A DNA stretch of 64,000 nucleotides from Polyangiaceae bacterium. GTDB lineage: Bacteria; Myxococcota_A; Polyangia; Polyangiales; Polyangiaceae. The position numbers and the translations under genes are program-made. The stretch covers positions 131,734 to 195,733 of the forward strand of contig JBNKBE010000009.1 of assembly GCA_050287085.1 (NCBI GenBank), written 5' to 3'. Positions 1 through 10,379 of this stretch are shown here, in pieces. Every line of letters begins with the position of its first letter. The stretch's first letter is position 1. The notes under the pieces were generated by a model. That model ran no database searches. It saw nothing but the letters and a program-made list of their open reading frames with translations, and had not been told where the DNA came from.

Positions 1-1374
1 TGTGAGTTCAGCCGCCGCCTCCGAACTTATGAGTCCCTTTCTGACAGCGACACGCGCCAACTCGTCGGGGTCGATGCCCCGGCCATCGTCGGCCACACTC
101 AACAACCAGGCGCCATCTTCCTCAGAACAACGGACTACGACTCTCCCGCGAACCGGCTTGTTTCCTCGTTCGGCAGGTGCCTCGATGCCATGATCGACTG
201 CATTGCGGACAAGGTGGCCGATGTTGCGAAAGACGTCACCCGCTTGTTCTGGCTCAACAAGAATGGCATCTGCCTGGAGCTCGAACTCGACGTCCTTCCC
301 CATGCGCTGCGCAGTCCTCTCTGCCATTCCCTGAAGCGGAGCAAGAAGTGTTCGCGCCGATACCCACTTGAGGCGCTCAGCGAAAGCGGATACTTCGGCC
401 TTGCGTTGCGCGCCGGACTCCATCTCCGATAGTCGTTCCAGCAGCGGCAAGATTCGTCCCACAGGGACTAAGCTGACGCCCCGAGCTTCCTGCGGATAGT
501 CGATGCCCAACAGCGGCTTATGCACCGCGAGAAACTTCAGCAGCGCTTCTTCAACAGCATCGAGGTCTCGCGCACCGAGTGTGGGCGCGTCTTCCAACGC
601 GTGCACCAAGGAGGCGATGTCGTGAAGACCGAAACACCCCAGGTTTCCCTTGGTGGTGTGAAGCAGGCTCCGAAGGCCCCGTTCCGACGGTTTGGTGCGT
701 GCAGTCTTGAACGCGCCTTGCGTCTCGAACAGGAAGTTCTTGAAACTGTCGCGCTGGCGAAGAATCTCCAAGAGAGCGAGTCGCGTGGCGTTCTCGGCTT
801 CCGCCTTGCGCAGTTCCGTGGTCTCGTCGATGCTGAAGAATAGCCGCGTTACTAGACCACTTGCATCTGTGATCGGCGAGCCCGTAATGCGAAAGCTACG
901 CTTGCCAAGTGAGAACTCGGTCGGCAGCTGCGCCAGTGTCACTTCGACGGGCAGCAGGTCCTCGAAGATCTGCTCGTAGCAAGACGAAAAATGTCCCGCG
1001 GCGCGCTCGTCGAGTTTCATCAGTTCGCAAAGCTTCACCCCTTCTAGGTCATCTCGACCGAAGATGGCGGCACAAGAACGCGAGTGGTTTCCCAACACAG
1101 ACTGGTCGTCGAGCGCCAGAAGGAACCCACTACGTACGTTATCCAAGATCTCGTGCACTTCGTTGGTTCGGATATCAACGACCCGTTCCAACATTTCCTG
1201 CTTTGCTGACAGCTGAAACTCCTTCAGCCACAGCTGGTCCAGAAAGGCGTTCAGCGCATCAGCGACGCGCTTCCACGTGCCGCTGGCTTCGGCGAATACC
1301 AGACGCGGCTCGAGTCCGCCGTCCTCCACCAATTGCTCCAAAAAGGTCGCCAGTTCTTCTTCTTTCGTCGTCAT
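1..1374 (-). CDS. CheA-like histidine kinase (PAS-like region, Hpt, HATPase); 3' end lies outside the window
   Basis: Hand translation gives an open minus frame from ATG 1374 to the window edge (458 codons, MTTKEEELATFLEQ...). It contains Hpt motif LHTTKGNLGCFG, CheA N-box HLVRNAVDHGIE and G1 box VADDGRGID. SD GAGGT lies upstream. Absent from the ORF track because there is no stop in the window. Confidence 0.9.
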   Translation of the reverse strand, partial: MTTKEEELATFLEQLVEDGGLEPRLVFAEASGTWKRVADALNAFLDQLWLKEFQLSAKQEMLERVVDIRTNEVHEILDNVRSGFLLALDDQSVLGNHSRSCAAIFGRDDLEGVKLCELMKLDERAAGHFSSCYEQIFEDLLPVEVTLAQLPTEFSLGKRSFRITGSPITDASGLVTRLFFSIDETTELRKAEAENATRLALLEILRQRDSFKNFLFETQGAFKTARTKPSERGLRSLLHTTKGNLGCFGLHDIASLVHALEDAPTLGARDLDAVEEALLKFLAVHKPLLGIDYPQEARGVSLVPVGRILPLLERLSEMESGAQRKAEVSAFAERLKWVSARTLLAPLQGMAERTAQRMGKDVEFELQADAILVEPEQAGDVFRNIGHLVRNAVDHGIEAPAERGNKPVRGRVVVRCSEEDGAWLLSVADDGRGIDPDELARVAVRKGLISSEAAAELT

Positions 1375-1383
1375 CACTACACC

Positions 1384-1791
1384 TCAGGGGACGCGCTTCT
1401 CGATGAAGAGGGGGGCATACTTCTTGTCGGAGCCCAGAATGTGATTGATCAACCAATCCTTCAAGAAGCGCATCAAGGCCATGTTGATCATTGCCTCGCC
1501 CGCATCGAACTTCTTCTGAAATGCGACCACCTGCTCTTTGAGCTTTTCGTGCTCACGAATGTGAGCTGCAGCCAACGGAAACTCGAGCTGTGCGAATAGC
1601 TCTTCTTCATGGGCAAAGTGCTCTGCGGTGTAACTGACGAGCCCTCTCAAGATCTCTGACAGGTGCGCGTTGCCCTTTCCCTCTGCCATGGCGTCGTGCA
1701 AGTCGTTGAGCATCTCGACTAGCCTCTGGTGTTGAGCGTCGATAGATGGGACCTTGATCATGTAGTCTTCATTCCACACGAAAAGAGACAT
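1384..1791 (-). CDS. Bacteriohemerythrin (single-domain di-iron O2-binding protein)
   Basis: IDAQH, HFAHEE, HIREH and WLINHILGSD ligand motifs; SD AGGAG. Confidence 0.95.
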   Translation of the reverse strand: MSLFVWNEDYMIKVPSIDAQHQRLVEMLNDLHDAMAEGKGNAHLSEILRGLVSYTAEHFAHEEELFAQLEFPLAAAHIREHEKLKEQVVAFQKKFDAGEAMINMALMRFLKDWLINHILGSDKKYAPLFIEKRVP

Positions 1792-2452
1792 GCTTCTCCT
1801 GTATGCGTCGTTGAGTCACGCCTTGCTCCGGTCCTCTAGATGTGAGGCCCCCGTGGTGCCCCTGTGCACCATGCGGGTGGGTCGGATCGCTCGCCGCGGC
1901 GATTTGAATGATGACCCTGTAAACGACCTCGCGACTTCCGACTTTAGGTCCAGCCGTGGTCCGCCCGCTCACCCACTGCCCGACGTGGCGCCGATTGGGT
2001 AGCCGCGAAGCAACGGAGCGAGCACATTGCCGCACACAGCCCGCACCCCCACACATGCGGACCCATGACTCAAATGGCTCAGACGGCGGTCGCCGACTGC
2101 TCCGTCAAAGCAGCGAGCCCGCCGCTGAGCCAGAACCGCGCCAAGTCGACCGTCCTGCCAACCGAGGCCCCCGAAACCGCCGGCCCGGATGGCGGAGCGA
2201 CCACGTCTGCCTCCTACTTCGCAAGAAACCACCTAGAAACAAGTGTCGAAGGCACTTCACGCGGAAGCCAGACGGCTTAGGTCCATGGGTGGAAAGCTAT
2301 CATCCGCGGCAGGACCTGGCCTGAGACGCATTGCAAGCGGCGCGCAGATGCGACAGGATTGCCCCGTGCCAAGCGATCGCTCCAGTCCATCGCCGGAAGC
2401 CCGGCGCAACCTAGAGCTCAAGGCATCGCCAAAGCATTCCGTGGCCAGCGAC

Positions 2453-2830
2453 ATGCGCTACTTCACCGTGGAAACATGGGGGGAAGAGATTGTCGCGTTC
2501 ATTCGCTCGCCCGAGGTGTTTCAATCAGTCGAAGATGTCGAGGCGGAAATCGCTGCCGCCGCGAGCCTGAACCGCAGACGAGACCTGCGCAGCAGACGAC
2601 TGCTGATTGATTCACGACAGGCACCGCTAAGTACTACGTTTGAATTTGCCGAGGGCTTCGCGCGACTGCGCACGGAGATAAGGCGCGGTCACAAGCGAAT
2701 GGCGCTGCTACTGGGCACCAAGATCGGCGCACTTCAGGCAAGCCGCGTTATTGCGGAAGACGGAACAAACGAAAACACTCTCGTTGTCGATGACGAGCAC
2801 GCTGCTCTCGCATTCTTACTGGACGCCTAG
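2453..2830 (+). CDS. STAS/SEC14 (SpoIIAA-like) small protein
   Basis: LLIDSRQAP...RMALL...DEHAALAFL pattern typical of myxobacterial SpoIIAA-like proteins; start moved to ATG 2453. Confidence 0.6.
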   Translation: MRYFTVETWGEEIVAFIRSPEVFQSVEDVEAEIAAAASLNRRRDLRSRRLLIDSRQAPLSTTFEFAEGFARLRTEIRRGHKRMALLLGTKIGALQASRVIAEDGTNENTLVVDDEHAALAFLLDA

Positions 2831-2974
2831 AGTCATCTTTTGATGTCCAGTAGGACGCCACGCTCTCAGCACCGCGGTCGGGCTCGAGGATCCGCTCCTC
2901 GGGCGAGCTGAGTCTGAGTGAGCTTGTGCGCCCCAGCACCGGGCCGTTGGGCTTCATGCTGGCCTCGGCCGGCT

Positions 2975-3907
2975 CTAGAGCGCCTCGGGGGCTCCGTCCA
3001 ACGTCCCGTCCGGCCCGGACTCCCCAGGAGAAGGCTGGGCCGAAGCGGGTTCTTCCGAAGGGGGGCCTACCGACGTGAGCTCGCTTGCGTCAGCGGCAAA
3101 GCCGTGCCTTCCGGCCACGGAAATCCGCGCCAAGAATTCGTGGAATTCAGGAAGGCCCGCGTTAAACTCGTCCGGTTGGTTGGCATAGCCCACGTACATT
3201 ACTACCGGGAATTGGACTGGAGTAGGAGAGTGGCGTCCCACCTCGTAGCGGAAGTCGGTGTGCAGCAATACAACCTGGACCCGTTCGCTCCTCGCCTCGG
3301 GATCAACCTTGAGGCGATCTAGATTGGCGATGTCCGCCGTTACGACGTAGGCCTCGTTTCCCGCCAAGGTTGCCGGTCGCTTATCGACTACCGCAGCCGC
3401 ATAGCGCTTCTCCACGACCACCTTGGTATGCGCTCCGAGAGTCACCACTTCGTAGCCAGCCCCTGCGATTTGGTCGACGTAGCGGTCGATGAGCACCGAT
3501 AGCTTCTTGTCCTTCAAGTCGTTTGAGATCGGGACAGTGCGCACGAAGATAACCCCATCATGCTCACGGTGTTTGAACCGGAGGTCGTAAGCCAGTTCCT
3601 GACGGCTAGTCTCGTATTCCCCGTCTCCCTCAAGGTCCAGGTCGTACACCGCAACGTACGCCTCGCCGTTCTTCGGTTTGAGCGGCTGGTTGGCTTCGCG
3701 ATAGAAGTTGTCCAATAACCAGCCCTCCGGCATGAGCTCGCCGTTCGACAGCGCCGCGACGCGATATTCGTATTTCTTGTGCTCGTAGCCGTCCGGCGTG
3801 ATCGCGCCGGCCGCAGTAGGCCCACATGCAAGCGCCGGGCATAACAGAGACAATAACACGAACCACAAGGGTCGCAGCCCAGCACCCCAGCCATGAATTT
3901 GTGACAT
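2975..3907 (-). CDS. Hypothetical lipoprotein
   Basis: Signal peptide with lipobox ALAC, long acidic globular ORF, DLEGDGEYE loop; start uncertain (3907 or 3946). Confidence 0.7.
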   Translation of the reverse strand: MSQIHGWGAGLRPLWFVLLSLLCPALACGPTAAGAITPDGYEHKKYEYRVAALSNGELMPEGWLLDNFYREANQPLKPKNGEAYVAVYDLDLEGDGEYETSRQELAYDLRFKHREHDGVIFVRTVPISNDLKDKKLSVLIDRYVDQIAGAGYEVVTLGAHTKVVVEKRYAAAVVDKRPATLAGNEAYVVTADIANLDRLKVDPEARSERVQVVLLHTDFRYEVGRHSPTPVQFPVVMYVGYANQPDEFNAGLPEFHEFLARISVAGRHGFAADASELTSVGPPSEEPASAQPSPGESGPDGTLDGAPEAL

Positions 3908-4139
3908 CCTGGCACGTCCCCTACCACCCGGAGCTCGGACCGCCAAGGGCTACCGGACTCTTCCCAAGACAGAACGTGATGTAGTCTCCAGGAGCTCCCG
4001 CGGAGCTCAGCCGAACCAATCAACAGGGACCATCCAATAGCCATAGGACACTAGCTCCAGCGACAGGTTCTGACGCCGAGGCGGGAGCTGCTTCTGCCGC
4101 AAACACGACCTCAGTTCCGGGTCTGAAAGCCTAGCGCCG

Positions 4140-7100
4140 TCACGTGCGTCGCAATCGTAGGTGCAGGGTGGGTAGTACGAACAGCGTCGCCAGCGTGCTG
4201 GTGAGCAGACCACCGATGACAACCGTCGCCAGGGGTTGCTGTACTTCCGCACCCGTGCCCGTCGCAAGCGCCATGGGGAGGAACCCAAGTGCGGCCACCA
4301 ATGCCGTAGTCAATACGGGCCGCAGACGTTCACCTGCAGAGCTGTATACGCTCGCGAACGCGTCCTCGCCCTGCCGCTCACGCAGCAGCATTGCGCTCAA
4401 CAGGACAACGCCGTTGAGTGTGGCGACACCGAATAGGGCCAAGAATCCAACCGCGGCGCTCATGGAGAACTCGAGCTGCCGTAGCGCTAGAGCAAAGACG
4501 CCACCAATAGCAGCAGCGGGGACGTTGACAAAGACGAGCAGTGCCGGCCGCAAACTACCCAACGCCAGATATAAGAGCAGCAGCACCGCCGCGAGCGTCA
4601 GCGGCACTACCAGCTTCAAGCGCTCGACCGCACGCGCCAGGTTTTCGTATTGACCTCCGTACTCCAGATAGCTTCCGACGGGCAATCGAATGGCGGCCAG
4701 CTTGCGCTGCACCTCTTGTACAAACCCTGCCAGATCTCGCCCGCGTACGTTCGCTTCTACCAGGATCCTGCGTCGCCCCTGCTCCCGCGAGACCTGAGCC
4801 GGCCCTTCTTGTCGCTCGACGTGTGCGACGTCGGACATCGGTACAACGCTCATCCCGCGCGTTAGCACCGGCGCCCGCTGCAGTTCCGAGATCGACTGTA
4901 CGCGAGAGTTGCCCTGCCTCAGGACTACCGGAAAGCGACGAAGCCCCTCCTTCAGTTCGCCCACCCGAACCCCCTGACTCAGTGCTTGGGCATAGAGGAC
5001 AAACGACCTCGACTCGACGCCCACCTTGGCCAGTTGCTCGGGTCGCGGCTTCAACGTCCATGTCTCCAGTCCCGCGGTTGGCTCAACGCGGACATCCGCG
5101 GCTCCGTCGATCTGGGACAACTGACTCGCAATCTGCTCCGCCACCTTCCTAAGTGCCGGCAGGTCGTCACCGAAAACCTTGACGCCCAACGCAGATTGAA
5201 CTCCGCCGATCAATTCGCTCACACGCATTTCGATCGGCTGTGTGAATGCAAAGCCCGCTCCGGGGAGTGCCTCCTGCAAAGCTGGGAGCAGCACGTCCGC
5301 GAAGCCGGCGGCATCCGAGGCCGTCTTCCACTCTTCCCGCCGCTTCATCTTCACCAGGACGTCCGCCTGCTCAACGCCCATCACGTCGGTAGCGACGTCC
5401 GGACTTCCGATTCTCGACACGACCCGTTCCACTTCGGCGAAACCTCCAAGCGCCTGCTCGACGCGAGTCGTTCCGGCGATCGCCTCACTGAGCGAAACGC
5501 TTGCCGGGCGAGTCACCTGAATCGCAAAGCCTCCCTCCTCGAGTCGCGGAACAAACTCGCCCCCAAGGGTCGACGCAACCCAAAGCCCGGCACCCAACAC
5601 CAATAGCACGGCGCTTCCCACCCAATACGGCCTATTGAGAAGCGGTCGAAGCCAACGCAGGTACTGCTCTCGCGCGAGACGAGCAAGCGTGGGCTCGGCC
5701 TTCGCCTCGCTCGGCAAGAGCCAAGCTGCCAGCGTCGGCACCCAAGTGAAGGACAATACGAAGGCCGTAGCGAGAGCGAACAGCACCGTCAACGCCATCG
5801 GACGAAACAATCGGCCCTCGACACCCTCCAGGAGCAGGATCGGCACGTAGACAACAGCGATGATGAGGACCGCAAGGGTTACCGGACGCCCCACTTCAGC
5901 GCCAACCCGCGCCACGGCGCTTCGTGCATTGGTCCGATGAAGCGCCATCGTTGCCAACGCTCCTTCGACCACAACGACCGCGCCGTCCACTACCAAGCCA
6001 AAGTCGATGGCTCCTAGACTGAGAAGATTCCCACTGATCCCAAACAACTGCATGAAGGAAAAAGCACCCAGCATCGAAAGAGGGATCACCGACGCCACCA
6101 GAAGTCCAGCCCGCAGGCTTCCAAGCATCAAGAGCAGGACGAGGGTGACAATAATCCCACCCTCCAAGAGGTTCCGCCGAACAGTACTCAAGACGTCCTC
6201 CACGAACGCAGAGCGATCATAGAATGGCTCTATTCGCACGTCGCTCGGAAGCGACGTCTTCAACTCCGCGATCCTTCGCTTGACGTCCGCAACCACTTTG
6301 TGCGCGTTCTCGCCGGAGAGCATTTGAACCATGGTGTAGATCGTTTCGCCTGTGCCTTCGGCCGTTGCTGCGGAAAGACGCGGCCCTTTGCCTTCGGAAA
6401 CGGTGGCCACCTCACCCAGCGTGATCACGCGACGGTACTCGCGATCTCCGACGTGCCGAACGACCTGGTGCCGAATGTCTTCCAGCGTGCGATAGCTGCT
6501 ATCTACGCGGATGAACGCTCCCTCGGCGCCTCCCTCGATCATCCCCGCACTCTCGCTACGGCCGGCTTTGGTCAATGCATCTGCTATGTCAGCCATGCCG
6601 AGCCCATTCTCGGCAAGCAACCCCATGTCCGGCCTAACCACGATTTGCCGACGGTCACCACCCCATGAGTTGACTTCTACCACGCCTGGAACGCGGCCCA
6701 AACGCGGCGCGATCTCCCAGTCGATCAGCGTGCGAAGCTCGGCCAGGCTGTGTCCTGGCCACTCGGTAGTGAAATGAAAGACCTCGCCGAGCCCGGTGGT
6801 CAGTGGTCCTAGACCCAGTGACTCAACGCGATCCCCGATCTGCTCGCGAGCGCCAGGAAGCTTCTGGCTTATCGTCTCTCGAGCCGACATGATGTCAGTG
6901 CCGGGCTCGAATACCAAAGTAACCACGCCAATACCCGCCCTGGATACCGAGCGCAAGCGTTGGATGTGCGGTAGCCCTGACAAGGAACGCTCTAGACTCT
7001 GCATCACCTGGCTCTCCACTTCGAGTGGAGACAGCCCTGGAGCCGCGGCGATAACCTGCGCCTGCACATTGGACACATCCGGCACCGCATCGATCGGTAG

Positions 7101-7199
7101 CTCCTGATAGGAGCGAACGCCGAATACCACAATCGCCGCCGCCAACGCCAAGCTAAGCAGCGGATTGAGCGAGACCACCCGAACAAATGCACCTATCAT
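4140..7199 (-). CDS. czcA: Heavy-metal efflux RND permease, CzcA (HME) type
   Basis: 1019 aa; LPIDAVPDVSNVQ, TM4 motif AIDFGLVVDGAVVVVE, RPVLTTALVAALGFLPMA...GAEVQQPLATVVIGG. Confidence 0.93.
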   Translation of the reverse strand: MIGAFVRVVSLNPLLSLALAAAIVVFGVRSYQELPIDAVPDVSNVQAQVIAAAPGLSPLEVESQVMQSLERSLSGLPHIQRLRSVSRAGIGVVTLVFEPGTDIMSARETISQKLPGAREQIGDRVESLGLGPLTTGLGEVFHFTTEWPGHSLAELRTLIDWEIAPRLGRVPGVVEVNSWGGDRRQIVVRPDMGLLAENGLGMADIADALTKAGRSESAGMIEGGAEGAFIRVDSSYRTLEDIRHQVVRHVGDREYRRVITLGEVATVSEGKGPRLSAATAEGTGETIYTMVQMLSGENAHKVVADVKRRIAELKTSLPSDVRIEPFYDRSAFVEDVLSTVRRNLLEGGIIVTLVLLLMLGSLRAGLLVASVIPLSMLGAFSFMQLFGISGNLLSLGAIDFGLVVDGAVVVVEGALATMALHRTNARSAVARVGAEVGRPVTLAVLIIAVVYVPILLLEGVEGRLFRPMALTVLFALATAFVLSFTWVPTLAAWLLPSEAKAEPTLARLAREQYLRWLRPLLNRPYWVGSAVLLVLGAGLWVASTLGGEFVPRLEEGGFAIQVTRPASVSLSEAIAGTTRVEQALGGFAEVERVVSRIGSPDVATDVMGVEQADVLVKMKRREEWKTASDAAGFADVLLPALQEALPGAGFAFTQPIEMRVSELIGGVQSALGVKVFGDDLPALRKVAEQIASQLSQIDGAADVRVEPTAGLETWTLKPRPEQLAKVGVESRSFVLYAQALSQGVRVGELKEGLRRFPVVLRQGNSRVQSISELQRAPVLTRGMSVVPMSDVAHVERQEGPAQVSREQGRRRILVEANVRGRDLAGFVQEVQRKLAAIRLPVGSYLEYGGQYENLARAVERLKLVVPLTLAAVLLLLYLALGSLRPALLVFVNVPAAAIGGVFALALRQLEFSMSAAVGFLALFGVATLNGVVLLSAMLLRERQGEDAFASVYSSAGERLRPVLTTALVAALGFLPMALATGTGAEVQQPLATVVIGGLLTSTLATLFVLPTLHLRLRRT

Positions 7200-7204
7200 G
7201 ATTT

Positions 7205-8398
7205 CTACTCCAGCTGCGCCCGCAAGAGTTCACCTTTAAGAAGCACCACTCCCCCCACTGCCACCTGTGGCAAGGCCTCTTCCACGGTCCCCCCATCCCC
7301 CTTGGGCCCCGCAGTTTCGCCTTCGCTCGGCAGCCCATGGTGCGCTAGCGCTGGCACCCTGAAGTACGCTTGGTCGCCCCAGATCTCTACGCTCTCCACG
7401 GGCACAACTCGATACTCACCCGTTTCTTTCCCGACCGAGAACACGACTTCTCCCCCTTGATAGGTCGTAACAGCCGACCGTGGAGCTCGAAATAGCGGCT
7501 CATTCGTCTGCGCTGCGTTCAGCGGCATCTCCGCCCGAACATGGGCGCCCTCCAGCACATATTCCAGACAAGATGATTCCGCTTTTGCCAAAAATGGGAC
7601 AGCCCGGGTGTTCGGGTCTACGTAGTGGAGATGTCCCGAGACGCGCGCATGACATACGCGTTCACCGGGGAAGTAGACCGTGGCGGTCTCGAGTGCTACG
7701 TCCAAGGCCACCGATTGTGGGACTTGGAGAACCAGCGTAAAGAGCTCGGGATCGACTATCCTCATGAGCACACTATCAGCGGCTACCACACTATCGGTCG
7801 CCATCCTGACTTGCGTCACGATCCCCGCAACGGGACTGCGCAAGACTACGTTCGGTCCTCCCTCGGAGTTGGCTCCCCACGCCTGCAATTCGCCCGACGC
7901 CGCCAACACTTCAGCGTCAGCAAGAGCCAACGCTTCTCGCGCCTGAGTCAGATCGGCCACGCTCGTTGCGTTAAGCCCTTGTAGTCGCTCCTCCTGCTGC
8001 ACCAACTGCTGGGCGCGCTCTTTCATCGCCTGACCGCGCAGCATCGCAGCCCTTGCCCGCGCCACCGCAGAGGCGCTCAAGAGTGCAAGCTTCTGTCCCT
8101 TGTCAACACGCTGCCCCGTTTGCACGTAGACGCCAGCCACACGCGCATGGGTGGCGGCTCGCACATCGACCGCACCACCTGGCAACATCTCCACTACGCC
8201 GTTTACCACTATCTGCCTAGGTATGGCGCGAGTCCGCTCCAATCGACTCACCTCGACATGCGGCCGCTGTCCGGGTGATAACGTCACACTCATGGGAGCT
8301 TCTGGCATCTCGGACGTATGCTGAGGCGTTGGTGCAGTCTCAGAGCATGACGCCATGGCGACACCAAGGCCCAGCAGTAAACGACAGCGGCGATTCAT
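7205..8398 (-). CDS. czcB: RND periplasmic adaptor (MFP), CzcB/CusB family lipoprotein
   Basis: Lipobox MASC; lipoyl/hairpin motifs VQTGQRVDKGQ and LRSPVAGIV; VDPNTR; located between TolC and RND genes. Confidence 0.85.
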   Translation of the reverse strand: MNRRCRLLLGLGVAMASCSETAPTPQHTSEMPEAPMSVTLSPGQRPHVEVSRLERTRAIPRQIVVNGVVEMLPGGAVDVRAATHARVAGVYVQTGQRVDKGQKLALLSASAVARARAAMLRGQAMKERAQQLVQQEERLQGLNATSVADLTQAREALALADAEVLAASGELQAWGANSEGGPNVVLRSPVAGIVTQVRMATDSVVAADSVLMRIVDPELFTLVLQVPQSVALDVALETATVYFPGERVCHARVSGHLHYVDPNTRAVPFLAKAESSCLEYVLEGAHVRAEMPLNAAQTNEPLFRAPRSAVTTYQGGEVVFSVGKETGEYRVVPVESVEIWGDQAYFRVPALAHHGLPSEGETAGPKGDGGTVEEALPQVAVGGVVLLKGELLRAQLE

Positions 8399-9651
8399 CG
8401 GATTGATTCCTTCCAGCGGGATAGCTCGTTGCTTTCGAACGCGAGTTCGATCTGACTCAGGCGTCTCGCCAGTCGAACTTGTTGCAGTTGTTGCTGCACT
8501 TCCGTGAGTGCCGAGCTCGCCACCAGCAGCGTCATGGCGGGGATCTTTCCGGCTTCATATTGCTCGGCGACGACTTCAAGCGCCGCGCGCGTCGCCTTGA
8601 GTTCGACCTGAGTGATTTGCTCCTCTACACGCCGCAGTTGAGCCACGCGCTGGGCAAAGAAGCGAGTCCGCAAGAGGCTGCGCTCCTGCATATGGCGCGC
8701 CTTCTTTCTCAAGCCCAAGGCCGGAGCACGCTGCTGCGCCGCCTGATAGCTGTTGGTATTGATCAATGGCCAGGGCAAACTGAGCGACCCCAGCGCTACC
8801 CAATCTCCGCTACCTTCGCGCAGAATCTGTGCCCCAACAGACATCTGGGGCTCCCCCTGTGCTTGCTGCAAGTCGGCTTGCGCTTCGATATAGCGAGCCC
8901 CTGCTTGCGCAGACGCCACTAATGGGTGTACATCTGGGGTCTGCGACGCGCGCACATCCAGCGCATCGAATGAGGGCATGGGGCCCCTAGTTCGCGCTTG
9001 GCGACCCTCGGCGAGTCCTAGTACCAAAGACAGTTCGTGCTGACTCATCTGCAACTCAATTTCGGCCTGCTGGGTGCGACTGGCTGCACGCTCCGCGTGA
9101 GCCCGCGCCAGCTGCTCGTCACCCGCGGTCAGTGCCCCCACAGAGCGCCTCGCACTGACCGCCGCCAGCAGCCCTCGCTCCCGCTCCTCGCGCTGGCGCT
9201 CGATCAGCAGCTGCTCCTCCGCGCTCTTGAGCCGGACCCACGAACGGGCGGCCTCCGCCAAGACCTCTAGCCGCCGTGCTGCAAGCCGCGAAAGAGCGAG
9301 CTCAGCTCCGGCATCCCCGAGCGCTCCGCGATGCTCAGCTACGGAGCTTAGTGAAAACGCCTGACTGAAGCCGAGCCCCAACTCGGCAGCCTGCCGGCTC
9401 CCCGTATCCCTCATGCCTGCAACCAGACTGAGGCGCGGCGCTGAGTTGAGCACTGGGTTTGACTCGGCGCGGGCGGCCGCGAACTGCCGCACGTTCTCAT
9501 CAACCGCCTCGAGTTCGGGTGAGCGTGACGCCGCCAATCGCAGCGCGTCACCCAGAGAGAGAGGTTGCGTTGGGGGCTCGGCCCTGGCAGCGGCCGGTCG
9601 TAGCTGCAGGGCGAACAGTGTCGAAAGGAGGAGGAGGCTGATAGAACGCAT
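8395..9651 (-). CDS. czcC: TolC/CzcC family outer-membrane efflux protein
   Basis: Signal peptide, LSLGDALRLAASRSPEL, YEAGKI; 4-nt overlap with the MFP gene. Confidence 0.85.
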   Translation of the reverse strand: MRSISLLLLSTLFALQLRPAAARAEPPTQPLSLGDALRLAASRSPELEAVDENVRQFAAARAESNPVLNSAPRLSLVAGMRDTGSRQAAELGLGFSQAFSLSSVAEHRGALGDAGAELALSRLAARRLEVLAEAARSWVRLKSAEEQLLIERQREERERGLLAAVSARRSVGALTAGDEQLARAHAERAASRTQQAEIELQMSQHELSLVLGLAEGRQARTRGPMPSFDALDVRASQTPDVHPLVASAQAGARYIEAQADLQQAQGEPQMSVGAQILREGSGDWVALGSLSLPWPLINTNSYQAAQQRAPALGLRKKARHMQERSLLRTRFFAQRVAQLRRVEEQITQVELKATRAALEVVAEQYEAGKIPAMTLLVASSALTEVQQQLQQVRLARRLSQIELAFESNELSRWKESIR

Positions 9652-9860
9652 GCGAGCTCCGCTGAAGGTCAGCGGCGGGACACTGCGAGCAAGCCGGAGC
9701 AGTAGCTATCCGTCTGATGACGTGTATGCCACAACTATCTGATATCAATAGCTAATCAGGCACCTACCCAAGCTAGAAAAACCGACCACCAGCTCCAATC
9801 AACGCCTGAACACAGCCGGTGAACTTGCGGCCCCGCGACAACTGCCACTACACCGCGGCC

Positions 9861-10379
9861 ATGTTTGATCGCGATGAGGCGCAAAGCAGCCGGGTGACCT
9901 TCTTGCTGTTTCTGGGGATCACGCTTCTCATCGGCATGGACGTCGCCTCCGATCTGCTCGCCGGCTCGAGCTATGCCCACGTGTCGATCGAGGGCTCCAT
10001 CCTTGCTCTAGCGTGTACCGGCTTGCTCCGGATGCTGGCAGAGAATCTCAGGCTCCATCGCCAAACGCGACACCTCCGGACCGATCTCGACCGCAGCCTG
10101 GCTGAAGCAGCCCAGTGGAAACGAGATGCAGCAGAAGCGCTCGCTGGCCTCGGTAGTGCAATTGCAAAGCAATTTCAGCGTTGGTCTCTGACCCCCGCCG
10201 AAGAAGAGGTGGCGCTCCTCTTGCTCAAGGGCTTTAGTCTGAAGGAGATCGCGACGCTGCGGGACGTGAGCGAGCGCACTGTTCGCGACCAGGCGCGCGC
10301 CGTCTATCGCAAAGGCAAACTCGATGGCCGAGCGCAACTATCGGCATTTTTTCTGGAGGATCTGCTCGCCCCACGTTGA
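9861..10379 (+). CDS. Membrane-anchored LuxR-type HTH regulator
   Basis: Two N-terminal hydrophobic helices, coiled coil, then LTPAEEEVALLLLKGFSLKEIATLRDVSERTVRDQARAVYRK. Confidence 0.88.
   Translation: MFDRDEAQSSRVTFLLFLGITLLIGMDVASDLLAGSSYAHVSIEGSILALACTGLLRMLAENLRLHRQTRHLRTDLDRSLAEAAQWKRDAAEALAGLGSAIAKQFQRWSLTPAEEEVALLLLKGFSLKEIATLRDVSERTVRDQARAVYRKGKLDGRAQLSAFFLEDLLAPR

Noticed and set aside
2..1406. Plus-strand ORFs at the window start
   Set aside because: Antisense shadows of the CheA-like gene
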